Positions 52,006 through 64,000 of a stretch of 64,000 nucleotides of DNA are shown here, piece by piece (within the stretch, counting starts at the first letter, position 1; every line of letters begins with the position of its first letter). The DNA is from the human T2T-CHM13v2.0 reference genome, Homo sapiens, in the NCBI RefSeq assembly GCF_009914755.1, contig NC_060927.1. One strand, written 5' to 3'. A model generated the notes under the pieces. The model was not told the DNA's origin. It saw nothing but the letters and a program-made list of their open reading frames with translations, and made no database searches. The position numbers and the translations under genes are program-made.

Positions 52006-52031
52006 ATGGTGAAGATACAAGGTCATCATAG
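52006..52031 (+). CDS. COL6A5: COL6A5 distal terminal exon, coding part (DGEDTRSS* from exon G; LW* if exon G is skipped)
   Basis: Acceptor tatattttgcag|, followed by ~0.8 kb of non-repetitive UTR-like sequence ending in AATAAA. Confidence 0.75.
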
Positions 52032-52794
52032 GAGAAAAGAAGATAGCTCCACTGACATGTATAATCCCATGTGGTTCTAACCAGAATGTATAATCATCTG
52101 TTAGAGGTACTGTGGTAAATGACAGGGACTTTTCACAAAAACAATTGGCTAATAGCATGCTAAATTTGTTCTCCATCTCAAATCTTGAGGAGAAGAATTT
52201 TCGGAGTGAAGACATCAGTAAGAAGACCTGACAAACCAGGAATGATTTCATTTCTCCTGAGAACTGGGGAAACCGACCTATAAGAGTTAACTTTTCTTTG
52301 AAAGCTCTGCACAGTTCAGGCATCAATTTTGATGATGTATCTGCCTGTAAAAGATTGTCATTATTTTCAACACATCTGTATCTCAGATTGGACTCCTCTA
52401 AAAGCATTTGGAATTGGAATTTCCTAGGAATATCTTCTACTAATTCTTAAAACTGGAAAGCCATGCCCATGTCATCGGTTCTGGGGTGACCCTAACATTT
52501 CATCTAGCAGTGATTGTCTTCTAAAACCCACCTGTCAGGCTGCTATGACCCATAGTTAATGCTTTCTCTTCACCAGGACATTGACAAAAGAATGGAATTG
52601 GTGAAAAAGAAAAAAGTGATAAGAGGCTAATTTTATGAACCATATTTTTTGCTGTAATCTTTTGTTTAAATTTTAGCATGCTTTGCTTTGTGTATACTGA
52701 ATTTTTGCAGCAAAAGAATTACGGAAAAGCACAGATACTCTATATGACCAGAGATGTTCTTGGGAATTACAATGTAGCAAGAGATAATTTCTAA

Positions 52795-52835
52795 AATAAA
52801 AACAAGTCTGACTTGGAAGTTTGTTCTGTTCATTA
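52795..52835 (+). terminator. Polyadenylation signal AATAAA with downstream GU-rich element (COL6A5 3' end)
   Basis: AATAAA at 52795-52800, followed about 20 nt later by gtttgttctgtt. Confidence 0.65.
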
Positions 52836-53236
52836 TTATTTAACTACAGTCTAACGCAACCCTAATAGAACACCAGTAGAGGACTAAATATATTTGGAAC
52901 ATTTACATAAAATGTAAAATTAGCCAACAGTGAATTAGTTTTAAAAATCATTCAGTTTGGCTAAGGCAACAGGTAATTACCAAGTCAATGAGCATCTATT
53001 ATATTAAAAAATGAAATTACTGTGTTAATGGGATAATACCATAGGCTATTTTGTACTTTTCCCATGTAATTTTTCTTGACCTTACTGTTGTTATTTGCAT
53101 AATTTAAAAATAATCCAATTAATTCTAAGTTGCTGAGATTTTTATAGTAACCATTTATTGCTCTTTGGGAAGTTCCATATTCAACTCTACTCGTTTAGTA
53201 AAGTTTTGTTTTCCCCTAAGAACCCTGATAAGTGTA

Positions 53237-53242
53237 GGTGTG

Positions 53243-53273
<31 letters not shown>
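53237..53273. repeat. (TG)n microsatellite
   Basis: TG run with one CG interruption. Confidence 0.93.
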
Positions 53274-54217
53274 AAACACATGCATGAAGAATACATCAGA
53301 TACCTAAATCTGAAAATGACATGATTATCAAGAATGTGAAGCCACAGGAACTAATCCTCTGCTGATGGGGGTGTAAATTGTTTAAACAGCACTGTAGCAA
53401 TATTTAGTTAGATGGATGATACACGTATCCTAAAACCCAGCAATCCCACTACTAGCTCTCTACAGCTACGTGTGAGAAGCTCTCACATATGTACGCCAGG
53501 AACCAAATACAAACATGTTCACTGCAGCACTGTGTGTTTTAGAGAGGAGCTGAAGCCAACATGAACATCCTAATGTGGTCTACTCATACAATAGCATATG
53601 ATAGAGCAGCTAAATTGATAAACTGGAGCTGTATCTACAAACAGAGACAAATCTCAAAGATAATATTGAACCAGAAAGAGTTGCAGATGGATACATTATG
53701 ACATCACTTATACATTTTAAAACCTGAGAAGCAATACCACATAATGTTTATGGCTACTGACAACTGGAGTGAAAACACAAAGGCATATGTAGGGATGACA
53801 AACACCAGATTCAAGACAGCGGTTATCTTTCAGTGGTAAGAGGTAAAGTGGGGGTCCAATTTTCATCATAATGTTTTATTTCTTAAGCTGGGTGATGGAA
53901 AAGATGTACATTCCTTACTATTATTCTCTACATATTTCAGTGCCTGACATTTCATAATTTAAAAGAGTAAATTAAGTAATAAAAATGCAAAATTCAAGTA
54001 AATCCTTGTGCTACATCCAGGACTATGTTAGGAATTGAGAGGGATTTTTTTTTTAAATTAGATAACTCTACTTGACCTTGAGGAGTTTGCACTAAGTCAA
54101 GGTCATTAGAGTTAGGTAACCTTCTGAGATAATGGTTCTTCTTGAACATTGAGCACCTGGGAAACTTGTCCCCTTCACTGATATGCCACATAATGTTGGA
54201 TCAATGTATGAAATTAA

Positions 54218-54848
54218 TTTTTTTCTTTTTTTATTATGCTTTAAGTTTTAGGGTACATGTGCACAATGTGCGGGTTTATTACGTATGCATACATGTGCCA
54301 TGTTGGTGTGCTGCACCCATTAACTCGTCATTTAACATTAGGTATAACTCCTAGTGCTATCCCTCCCCCTTCCCCCCATCCCACAACAGGCCCCAGTGTG
54401 TGATGTTCCCCTTCCTGTGTCCAAGTGTTCTCATTGTTCAATTCCCACCTATGAGTGAGAACATGGCGGTGTTTGGTTTTTTGTCCTTGCGATAGTTTGC
54501 TGAGAATGATGGTTTCCAGCTTCATCCATGTCCCTACAAAGGACAAGAACTCATCCTTTTTTATGGCTGCATAGTATTCCATGGTGTATGTGTGCCACAT
54601 TTTCTTAATCCAGTCTATCATTGTGGGACATTTGGGTTGGTTCCAAGTCTTTGCTATTGTGAATAGTGCCGTAATAAACATACGTGTGCATGTGTCTTTA
54701 TAGCAGCATATTTTATAGTCCTTTGGGTATATACCCAGTAATGGGATGGCTGGGTCAAATGGTATTTCTAGTTCTAGATCCCTGAGGAATTGCCACACTG
54801 ACTTCCACAATGGTTGAACTAGTTTACAGTCCCACCAACAGCGTAAAA
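54218..54848 (-). mobile_element. 5'-truncated younger L1PA (L1PA4/5-like) 3' end
   Basis: ORF2 C-terminus (CWWDCKLVQPLWKSVW...LETIILSKLSQ) plus 3'UTR and tail. Confidence 0.9.
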
Positions 54849-54991
54849 ATTTTATGTCTGGGCATTTGAGGTTGCACAGAGTACAGCACAATTTGATGCA
54901 CATAAGAGCTAAGATGGGTGATATTAAGTGGCATTGTTTCATTGGAGGAGCAATTACACTGTAAATACAGGGAGCTTTAAAATAAATTTTG

Positions 54992-55300
54992 GGGCCGGGC
55001 ACGGTGGCTCACGCCTGTAATCCCAGCACTTTGGGAGGCCGAGGTGGGCGGATCACAAGGTCAGGAGATAGAGACCATCCTGGCTAACATGGTGAAACCC
55101 CATCTCTACTAAAAATACAAAAAATTAGCCAGGCGTGGTGGCGGACACCTGTAGTCCCAGGTACTCAGGAGGCTGAGGCAGGAGAATGGCGTGTACCCGG
55201 GAAGCAGAGCTTGCAGTGAGCCGAGATCGTGCCACTGCACTCCAGCATGGGTGACAGAGCGAGACTACGTCTCAAAAAAATAAATACATAAATAAATAAA
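54992..55300 (+). mobile_element. AluY-like
   Basis: ggccgggcacggtgg start, accatcctggctaac, gagcttgcagtgagccgagatcg, many CpGs retained; flanking repeat AATAAATTTTGG. Confidence 0.92.
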
Positions 55301-58300
55301 TAAATTTTGGGCATTCAAGAAAAAAATACAACACCTGAATGTGCGCTGTGGGCACAAAATGTCAACAACCAACATCAGAGAATGAACAAAGGTTAATAAA
55401 AATACAGTGCATGAATTCAGAGTCAGGCTGCTAAGTACAGTCAGTAAGTGCTTTGGAAATCAAAGAAGGAAAAAAAATCACCTGGGATTTAAATAATTGA
55501 AGAAGACTTCAAAGAATAAATGGGATTCACACCAGGTCCCCACTTAAAGGCTCACAATGCTTTCCTTCCAGTTTCTTCATAATGACAATGAGAAATCCTT
55601 TCATGTCTTAGAAGGAGTTTCTATAGGTCAGTTTCTAATCTGACCTTTGCTCGCCTTTCCAGCCCAATCTGTTCTCACTGCAAGGAACCTCTTCCGCTCT
55701 CTACCTCCTATTTATTCTTCCATGCTGGCTCTCACCTGCTTAGGAATACCTTCCATACAGTGGGGCTGGGATTGCCATATACAGTTAGAATATACACTGT
55801 ATATTCTCCTAGTACCCGGATCTCTCCCTCTGGGCCCTCATTAGGGAGAGTTATAATGGCCCATTCATTTGTCAATATCCTCAAGAGGCACTGAAGTGAG
55901 CTTCTCCATCTTGTTTATCGCTGTGCTCCCAGTACCCAGGATGGTGCCTGGCACTTAAAAGGCACGCAATAAGGATTTGATGAATGAGTGAACGAACTCG
56001 CCTTGAAGGATAAATATGGTTTGGTTTGAAGGCAGTGAGGGGAACTGGCATGAGCAATGATGAGAAAACAAAAGCTAGAAAGAGCTGTGTGTCTGTGCAC
56101 TAAGGTAAGTGGAGAAATTGGCTTGTATGGAGGCCAGTGTGATTGGAAATTTGAGACCACAGCAAGTGTGGTGAGTGGCTGAAGTGCCTTTTTAAAAAAG
56201 CCTTTAAAAATAGCAAATTACAAAAAAAATCTTGAACCATTCCACAACATCCAATTTGAATATGGGATGATCTGTAAGCAAAACTGCATGCCCTCAAAAA
56301 GGAGCAATAGTATATGCATTAAGCACCCATTTTTCAGAGTTCTGTGCAGAAATGACCCATGGCCAACCCACTGCAGCCTTACGTGACATGAGAAAATATG
56401 CTGTAGAACAGCTGGTCAGAATTACAGATGACTAAGAATCCTGTGATATCTCTGGAAAACTGCAGTTGACATTTCAAACCTAATTTCTAAATCTTATCTG
56501 AGTGTAAGCAGTGGGGGTGAAAATTTGAATAGGCACAGTTGAAAGTTTGTGCAGCTCCAGTAAGCCTCCCTAAATTGGAACACTTTTCCATCTTTCTAGA
56601 GTAACCTGTCTGTACTTGCAGAACACCTCTCCCACTGCAAGATTACCAGAGATCCAGCCCCAGAACCCTGGGATTTTCTTTTGACCAAATTTCTTCTCTA
56701 GATGTGCATTATCCACCTTGAAAACCCTAGACTCTCTCACTTTGTGGAACACTAGGAACTTAATAGACGTTCAACACCTATTTTTATTCATAGAGGAAGG
56801 GATGAATGAATAAGCCCTGTCTTGCTGAGCCTGGGTAAAATCCTGTTGGCCTCTCTCTCTTCTTCTCCACAGGTTCTACTTCCCAAGATGAATTTGGATT
56901 GTAAATCCTGCAATAACTAGGAGTTGCCCTCCACACAAAGGCTGCTGATGATAAGGAAGTTCTCACCTCCTGTGTTGGGAACAATAGCTGTGCAGAGGAC
57001 TGGCTCACAAGAGGACTATTTGTAATCTCTTTCAAAGAATAGATAAGAGTCCAGAATGATGGATATCATAAGAATAGACTAGTAAACAACACAAATTATC
57101 TTTTTTCCTCTCAGCGGCTGGTATTTCTGCAATACAAAAAGTTTTTCTAGTATGACATAAATTGATCTACAAGCACCTTGTGTTTCATGGCTTTGGATGG
57201 CCACAGTGCTAGCTAATCATATTATAGCTAGTGGTCCTTGAACTGGGAGCACCAGCATGACCTGAGAGATTGTCAGAAATGCAGAGTCTCTGGGCTCCTT
57301 TCCAAGTCTACTGGATCAGAATCTGCATTCCAGCAAGATCTCCAGGTGATTCATATGCACATCTAAGTTTGCAAAGTGCTGGCCTAGAATTCATTTGCTT
57401 GGAGCTCTGTGAATGAGTAGATGTATTTTATAGATTTTTAGTTCTGAATGGCATAGTATATTGGGTATCTACCATATAACATTCATTGTGCCAGCGGCAG
57501 GGAATAGAAAGCTCAATAAAAGGTGGCATGTGCCTTGAAATCATGGTCTAGCTGGAGTGACCGACCCAGAAAGAGATCATTTAATTTCATGTAGTGGTGC
57601 TAAGGTGAAGATATACAGAGAGTGGCGTGGGGATATAGAGAAAGACTCAGTCCAGACTGGGAACCCAGAGAGGGTTTCTTCAAGGATGTTCCTTTGATCT
57701 CAATGAAAATGACTAGATAAAATTTATCCAGGAAAAAATAAGATAGGCAACCCAGAATGAAGGAAGAGCCTCTCCTGGCCTCCTGGCTCTTCATTCCTAA
57801 GTAGATTTTTGTTTAAACCATAAGCCCTGTTGCGTTCATGGGGAAGAGGGAGTGACTGTACCGATTCTATATTGCTGAAATGGAGTCAAGGAGTGACAGG
57901 AGAGGAGGATAGAGAGCTTAGCCCAAGCCAGCCGCAGAGGGCCTTGTGCACCATGCTGAAGAGTTTAGATTTTATTTTGGAGGTACTGGGCTGCCCCTGA
58001 GGACAGAGAAGAGACGTGGTTAGACATTTATTGTGGCTCACACTGGCTGCTGAAAGAAGAGGGAACTGGAGGGAAGAAAAACTAGTCACAGGGTAACCAG
58101 TTATCTGGGCAAGAATGGATAGTGGTGCTCAGGATGGAAATTAGTTGACATATGAGGAAAATACTTAAAAGATAAAATTAGCATATGATCATCGATGGGT
58201 TTGGACAGAAGATAAGGGAGAGGAGAAGACTGGGTGTCTAGACCAGTGGTTCTCAAACTTGAGTGTGTATCAGAATCCCCTGGAGGGCTTATTAAAATAT

Positions 58301-60608
58301 ACATTTTTAGGCCTCACCCCAGAGTTTCTGATTTAGTAATTTGCTAGAATCACTTGAGGAGATTTTTAAACTACTAATGCCTGCATCTCACCCCTGGGAT
58401 CCTGACAGAATTGCTGTGGAATGCAGACTGGACACAGCATTTTTAAAGCTCCCGGTGACTCCAGTGCTAAGCACAACTTAATTATATTTGGAATACAGGC
58501 AAAGGAGCCATTTTGGCATTAAATTTGTTAAAATTATTTTTACATATTCCTACAAATACCTCATTATGTGTGCCCTGATATGTGTGTAAATATACAGTCA
58601 ATCTCTCTGGAAGATCAATATAGCATATAATGACTACTATCTAAAAGGACAAATACTAAAAAGATAAAATAGATACTACTTCCACACCTAAGGCAAGAGG
58701 AAGGGGGGAAAGAAAAAAAACACATCTACTGAGTTCTTACTATGTGCCAGATAGTATAGTAAGTACTTTATGTACATTATCTCATCTAATGCTGACAACA
58801 AAAGCAAGAGTAAGATATCCTTATCTCCATTCCTTTCATGAGGGATCCTGAACTCAGAGAGAGATGGTCATACAATCCAAGGTAAAGAGGGATTTAGGTG
58901 TGGATTTGCCTGGTTCTTCCAAAGACTATTTGCATGCATTCTCGTTGGAAGAGAAACTGGCTATGCAGTACAGAGAAAAATAGCCAGGATTAGGCATCAG
59001 GTGCTTGAATCCCAACCCTACCTCTACCCCTAAATAGCTGTGCCACTTTGAATGAATCTCCATTTCTCTGGGCCTTGACTTCCTCATCATCAAAATGGGG
59101 ATACAATTTTTACCAACCTCATCGGATTAAATAATACCTAGCACAATACCTGACATATGGAAGGTACTTAAATAACATTAACTCTTATTATCTACTTCCT
59201 CTTCATCCTCATTTTCAGTAAAATGAGGGAACTGGGCTAGTCGTCCTTAAAATTCCCTCATATTATGAATGCTGTGATTAAGAATTTACTACTTTCTTTG
59301 GTGTCTACAGCTACTTTCTGATACTCTTCAATTAGTGACTTAATCTTAAGAACTGGTCTTTGTTTAAAATCAGCCCCTCTTCCTATAACCCTCTATTTTA
59401 CCACTTCATCCCCTCCCCTGGGTTGTGTGGCTGTTTCCTGGCCATCCATTGCTGCCACAGAGCTATGTCAGTGTTTTGGTGACTCTCGCAGGAGCTCCAT
59501 CACGTCTCTTGTGCAGTGTTGCTGTGTTCAGCAATCTCTGCAGTGCCTGCGTGGGCGTCCTTATGCCAGGTCAGCAGGAATTCCATTCCGTGAACACATT
59601 TGCAGTGATAAATGGACCACATTCTGCAGCCTGAGGCTAATGATATTATCTGTTATCTGATGTCCCGTAGGCTTAAAGATGTGTCCAAGATGCAATTTGG
59701 AATTATGGAAAGAGTAAAACTTGTTCTACCACATGCTGGTTATGTGATGCTGGACTTGTGGTTTAACTTTTTGGAACCTCCATTTTTCTCATCTGTGAAA
59801 TTGGTTTTGTGCGATTTGGCACATTAAGGTGCTTTATATAGTGTCTGGCTCACAGCAGCTCCTCGGCAGAAGTTGGGAACCATCCCTAATGACTCCATTG
59901 GAAAGCTGGCAATAGCCTTCAGGGTAGGCTAAGGAACAGGGTCGTGTAGAATTTTGGAGAGGGCTAATCATGGCGTTTTAAACCTTTTACAGTAGACTTG
60001 CGGTCACAGTGACACTTCTGTTGCTGTGTAAGTAGCAGATTTCAGCACTAGTTTTCACTTCAGCATTCCTATTGGAAACATTTCTAAGGTTCTCCTCCAC
60101 ACCAACTGGGATCTGACTCCCGGCACCTTCAAACTCATAGTAATTGCATAGCAACGGGCTGATCGCATGGTGGAGCAGGATCCATGGCAGTCCTTTTGCA
60201 TATGCCTTCTATAATGCAGCAGGCTGGTTCAGCCCCCTACGAACACTGGAGTGACTGTCCCCATGGCTTCTGCCAATGTTAGCAACCTGCCTGGGCAGAA
60301 GACTTAACAGCTGCCTGAAAACATGTCCTGACATCAGCATTTAGGTTTCTTGTTTCATCACTCACTCTTAAAGTTAGAATAACCTTTGATTAAGCAGGGT
60401 TTTAGCATGCAACACTGTTTTACCCCAATACCAGTAGGGGATGGATACAACTAACATAGACTCCAACTTGCTTGACCTCTACCAGAAACCAGCTCAAGCT
60501 AATGTCCCCACAATGTTGTGGCTGTTTTCTAGACAAGTGTTTCTCAAAGTGGGGTTCAGGGACCACCTCCATCAGAATTTCCTCAGCCTTGTTAAAATGC
60601 ATGTTCCC

Positions 60609-60855
60609 GGCCAGGTGCAGTGGCTCATGCCTCTAATCCGAGCACTTTGGGAGGCCGAGGCAGGTGGATCACAAGGTCAGGAGATCGAGACCAGCCTGGC
60701 CAACACGGTGAAACCCTGTCTCTACTAAAAGTACAAAAATTAGCCAGGTGAGGTGGTGTGTACCTGTAGTCCCAGCTACTCAGGAGGCTGAGGCAGGAGA
60801 ATCACTTGAACCCAGGAGGCAGAGATTGCAGTAAGCCGAGATTGCACCACTGCAC
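60609..60855 (+). mobile_element. AluS lacking its 3' end and poly(A), inside a MER5A-like element
   Basis: Alu sequence stops at attgcaccactgcac. Confidence 0.88.
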
Positions 60856-61084
60856 AGGTGCCTTCAGACTGACTAAATTAGAATATCTAGATATGAACAC
60901 AGAAGCTGCATTTTAACACACTCTTTAGATAATTCTTATGTGTATTATATTTCTTTAATCTGTGTTGCTATAAAAATATTACTTGCTCAAACATGTTTTA
61001 AACTCCAATACTAAAAAGTTCATAATGAAAGATAGCCACTACCTTTCTTCTCCTGCCCACCTCTACTTTCCAGAAGTTACCACA

Positions 61085-61438
61085 TGCTAAGTTCTGAATA
61101 TTCATGTCCCCCAAAATTCATGCCTTGAAACTGTAACCCGCAAGGTGATGGTATTAGAAACTGAGACCATGTGGGGGAGGGGGTGGTAATTAGATCTGTC
61201 TTCATGAATGGGACTAGTGCCCTTATAAAAGAGGCCTGAGGGAATTTGTCTCTTCTACCATACAAGGATATAGACAGAAGGCACCATCTATGAGAAAGCA
61301 GGCTCCCACCAGATACCCAAGCTGTTGACATGTTGATCTTGGACTTTCCTGCCTCTACAACTGCAAGAAATAAATTTCCCTGTTCATATGCTTCCCAGTC
61401 TATGGTATTTTGTTACGGCAGGCCAAATGGACTAAAAC
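61085..61438 (+). mobile_element. MaLR solo LTR (MLT1A-like)
   Basis: tgtcccccaaaattcatg...aaatggactaaaaca. Confidence 0.75.
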
Positions 61439-62059
61439 AACGTATTATACATTTATGAGTTTCTTCAATTTTTACCTTCCTATTTCTAAATAACATGCCA
61501 ATACTGCAATTTTGTATCATATTTTAGACATTATCTGCTGACTTTCTATTAGGATTAATATTTAGCAATTTACCTAGCATAATTATCCATTCTCACCTTC
61601 TTGATATAGTCCCTTAAGTTTTTGTTAAGAGTTAGGGTTGCTATTTTGTAACTATATACATATTGTCTGATATTGATCCAAGAAGGGACTGTGAATATGT
61701 TCACTTTCTCATTGAACTTCTGTTTTATCTTAGAGTTTCAGCTCTATCCAACAACTGTCAATTTTAATTTCTAAATACTTTAAGGTATCAAATACTTAGC
61801 ATTTTATTTCCCTTGCCCTTGAAGACTTCACTCCCAGAGTTCCCCATTCTCCTCTGCATGAACTTTTAATTCTGGTTTCCTTATTAGTTCGCTATTTCCT
61901 CGTCTCATGTTTTGCTTTTTCTTAGTTTATTTACTTACTTTAAGTACATTCTCCAGTAACTTCCTTAAAAAACAGTGCATTGCATGGCAAGGATAGTTTT
62001 TCAGTACTTACCTGCCCCAAAATATCTTTATTCTGCCCTCACACTTGGTTGAGAGTTTA

Positions 62060-62523
62060 TACGTGATTGACGAGTGTTCCCCCAAAATTTACATCCACCA
62101 AGAACCTCAGAATGTGACCTTATTTGGAAATAGGATCTCCACAGATGTAATTAGTTAAGGTAAGATAAGGTCATACTGAATTAGGGTGGGCTCTAAATCC
62201 TATGACTGGTGTCCGCATAAGAAGGCCTTATAAAGACTCAGAGACACAGACAGAGGAAAGAGGGCCATGTGAAGGCAGAGGCGGAGACTGGAGTGATACA
62301 TCTACAGGCCAAGGAACAACACTGAGGATTGCTGACAACTACCAGAAGCCTGGAGAGAAACATGGAACAGATTCTCCCTCATAGCCTCTAAAAAAAACAT
62401 CAACTCTGCTGACACCTTGATTTTGGACTTCTGGCCTCCATAACTGTGAGAGAGTAAATTTCTGTTGTTTTAAGCTACCCAGTTTGTGGTGCTTTGTTGT
62501 AGAAGCCACAGGAAACTAATACA
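62060..62523 (+). mobile_element. MaLR solo LTR (MLT1B/C-like)
   Basis: gaacctcagaatgtgaccttatttggaaatagg...ggaaactaataca. Confidence 0.8.
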
Positions 62524-62553
62524 TGATTTATCTGGGATAAAATTCTGTGTTGA

Positions 62554-62899
<346 letters not shown>

Positions 62900-63785
62900 T
62901 CATTATAGTTTCCAATGTTGGTTTAAGAAGTCTAATGCCACTTTAATTTCCATTTCTTTGTATGTGAAGTGTCCCCCACCACAAACTTTCAGTATCATGT
63001 ATTTATCTCTGGTGTCCTAAAATTTATTCACCAAATTTAGTTCAATAAGTGAACTAATATTCATTAGGATCTATCTTAGTGTGGTTCCTTTGTTTTCATT
63101 AATTGACATGGGCACATGGAGAACTTTTTCAATCTGGCAAGTCAAGTCCTTTGGTCCTGAAATTTTTTTTACATTATTTCTTTGACAATTTCCTCTTCTT
63201 TATTGGTTGAAAATTCAATATCCCAGATTGACCTCCCCAAATTTCTTATCCTCTATTTCCTATTCTCTACTTTTCTCTTTTTTGTTTTTCCACTTTCTTA
63301 GTGATTTCCTTGGCTCTCTCTGTATTTTCTGTTTATCCAGTTTGCTTATTCTGTTGGTTTGTATCTTTCTCATATTGAAAACTTTCCTCAAATGTGTATG
63401 AACCCAGGCTGTTTTCGTTTAACAGTGTGACAGCAAATAACTGATTAGAAACTCTGTGTACAGGAGGAGCTTGTCAACCAACTCTGAAGAGAGAAGGAGA
63501 ACCTAAGAACCCAACCATTTTGCATGAAAGATTTCAATCAATCCCTCTATACTCAGATTCACACTTAACTCACATCTTTTGCTGTACTCCCCGTTTTAAA
63601 TCCTGAGATTTTCCAGGGTTCTAAAGGAAGAATCAGATTGGTTTCTGTATCTCTTTCTGACACACACAGTTTATAGGTTTCTCCACTCTGCTGAGAAAGA
63701 AAGTCACCACTCTCAGATTTCTCTCTTTGAAAAATTTGTGTTAATCCTTGTTTGTGGCTCTATGTTCTCTCATTCTCTTTGTCCT

Positions 63786-64000
63786 TGTCTTAGTCCATTT
63801 GTGTTGCTAAAAAGTAATACCTGAGGCTGGGTCATTTATAAAGGAAAAATGTTTATTTGGCTCACAGTTCTGATGGCTAGAAAGTTCAAGATTGGGCATC
63901 TGCATTGGTGAGGGCCTCATGCTGCTACCACTCATGGTAGAAGGTCAGGGGAGCCAGTGTGTGCAGAGATTACCAGTGAGGGAGGAAGCAAAAGAGAAAA
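63786..64000 (-). mobile_element. MaLR LTR (MST-like), runs off the window
   Basis: tgtcttagtccatttgtgttgct...tttatttggctcacagttctg. Confidence 0.75.

Noticed and set aside
51850-52407. 185-aa minus-strand ORF
   Set aside because: Antisense to the terminal exon and 3'UTR, non-ATG start, no recognisable domain.
54328-55002. 224-aa minus-strand ORF
   Set aside because: A chance fusion of flanking sequence with the L1 ORF2 C-terminus and UTR; non-ATG start at an Alu edge.

Overview
Primate, most likely human, genomic DNA containing the 3' end of COL6A5 (collagen VI alpha-5) on the + strand. Seven internal coding exons (7500-39888) have mutually consistent splice phases and are followed by two alternative terminal exons (45002, 52006). 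A near-complete HERV-K(HML-8)/HERVK11 provirus with MER11 LTRs lies antisense in one intron (11982-21363). The rest is Alu, L1, L2/MIR, MaLR, MER5A/MER20 and simple repeats. I found no convincing wholly new biological system. The most notable observations are: (1) the proviral 3' LTR lacks 547 bp, including its poly(A) signal, flush against an intact target-site duplication with microhomology; (2) two compensating frameshifts in env remove the furin site and fusion peptide but keep the ORF open; (3) pro is fully open and pol has a ~2.3 kb uninterrupted frame; (4) an apparent 1-nt deletion creates a stop in the penultimate COL6A5 exon that should escape NMD; (5) two L1 copies 47 kb apart share a probable gene-conversion tract; (6) a three-exon module is tandemly duplicated with matching phases. 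Gene and family names come from recognition, not database searches. Boundaries of old repeats are approximate.
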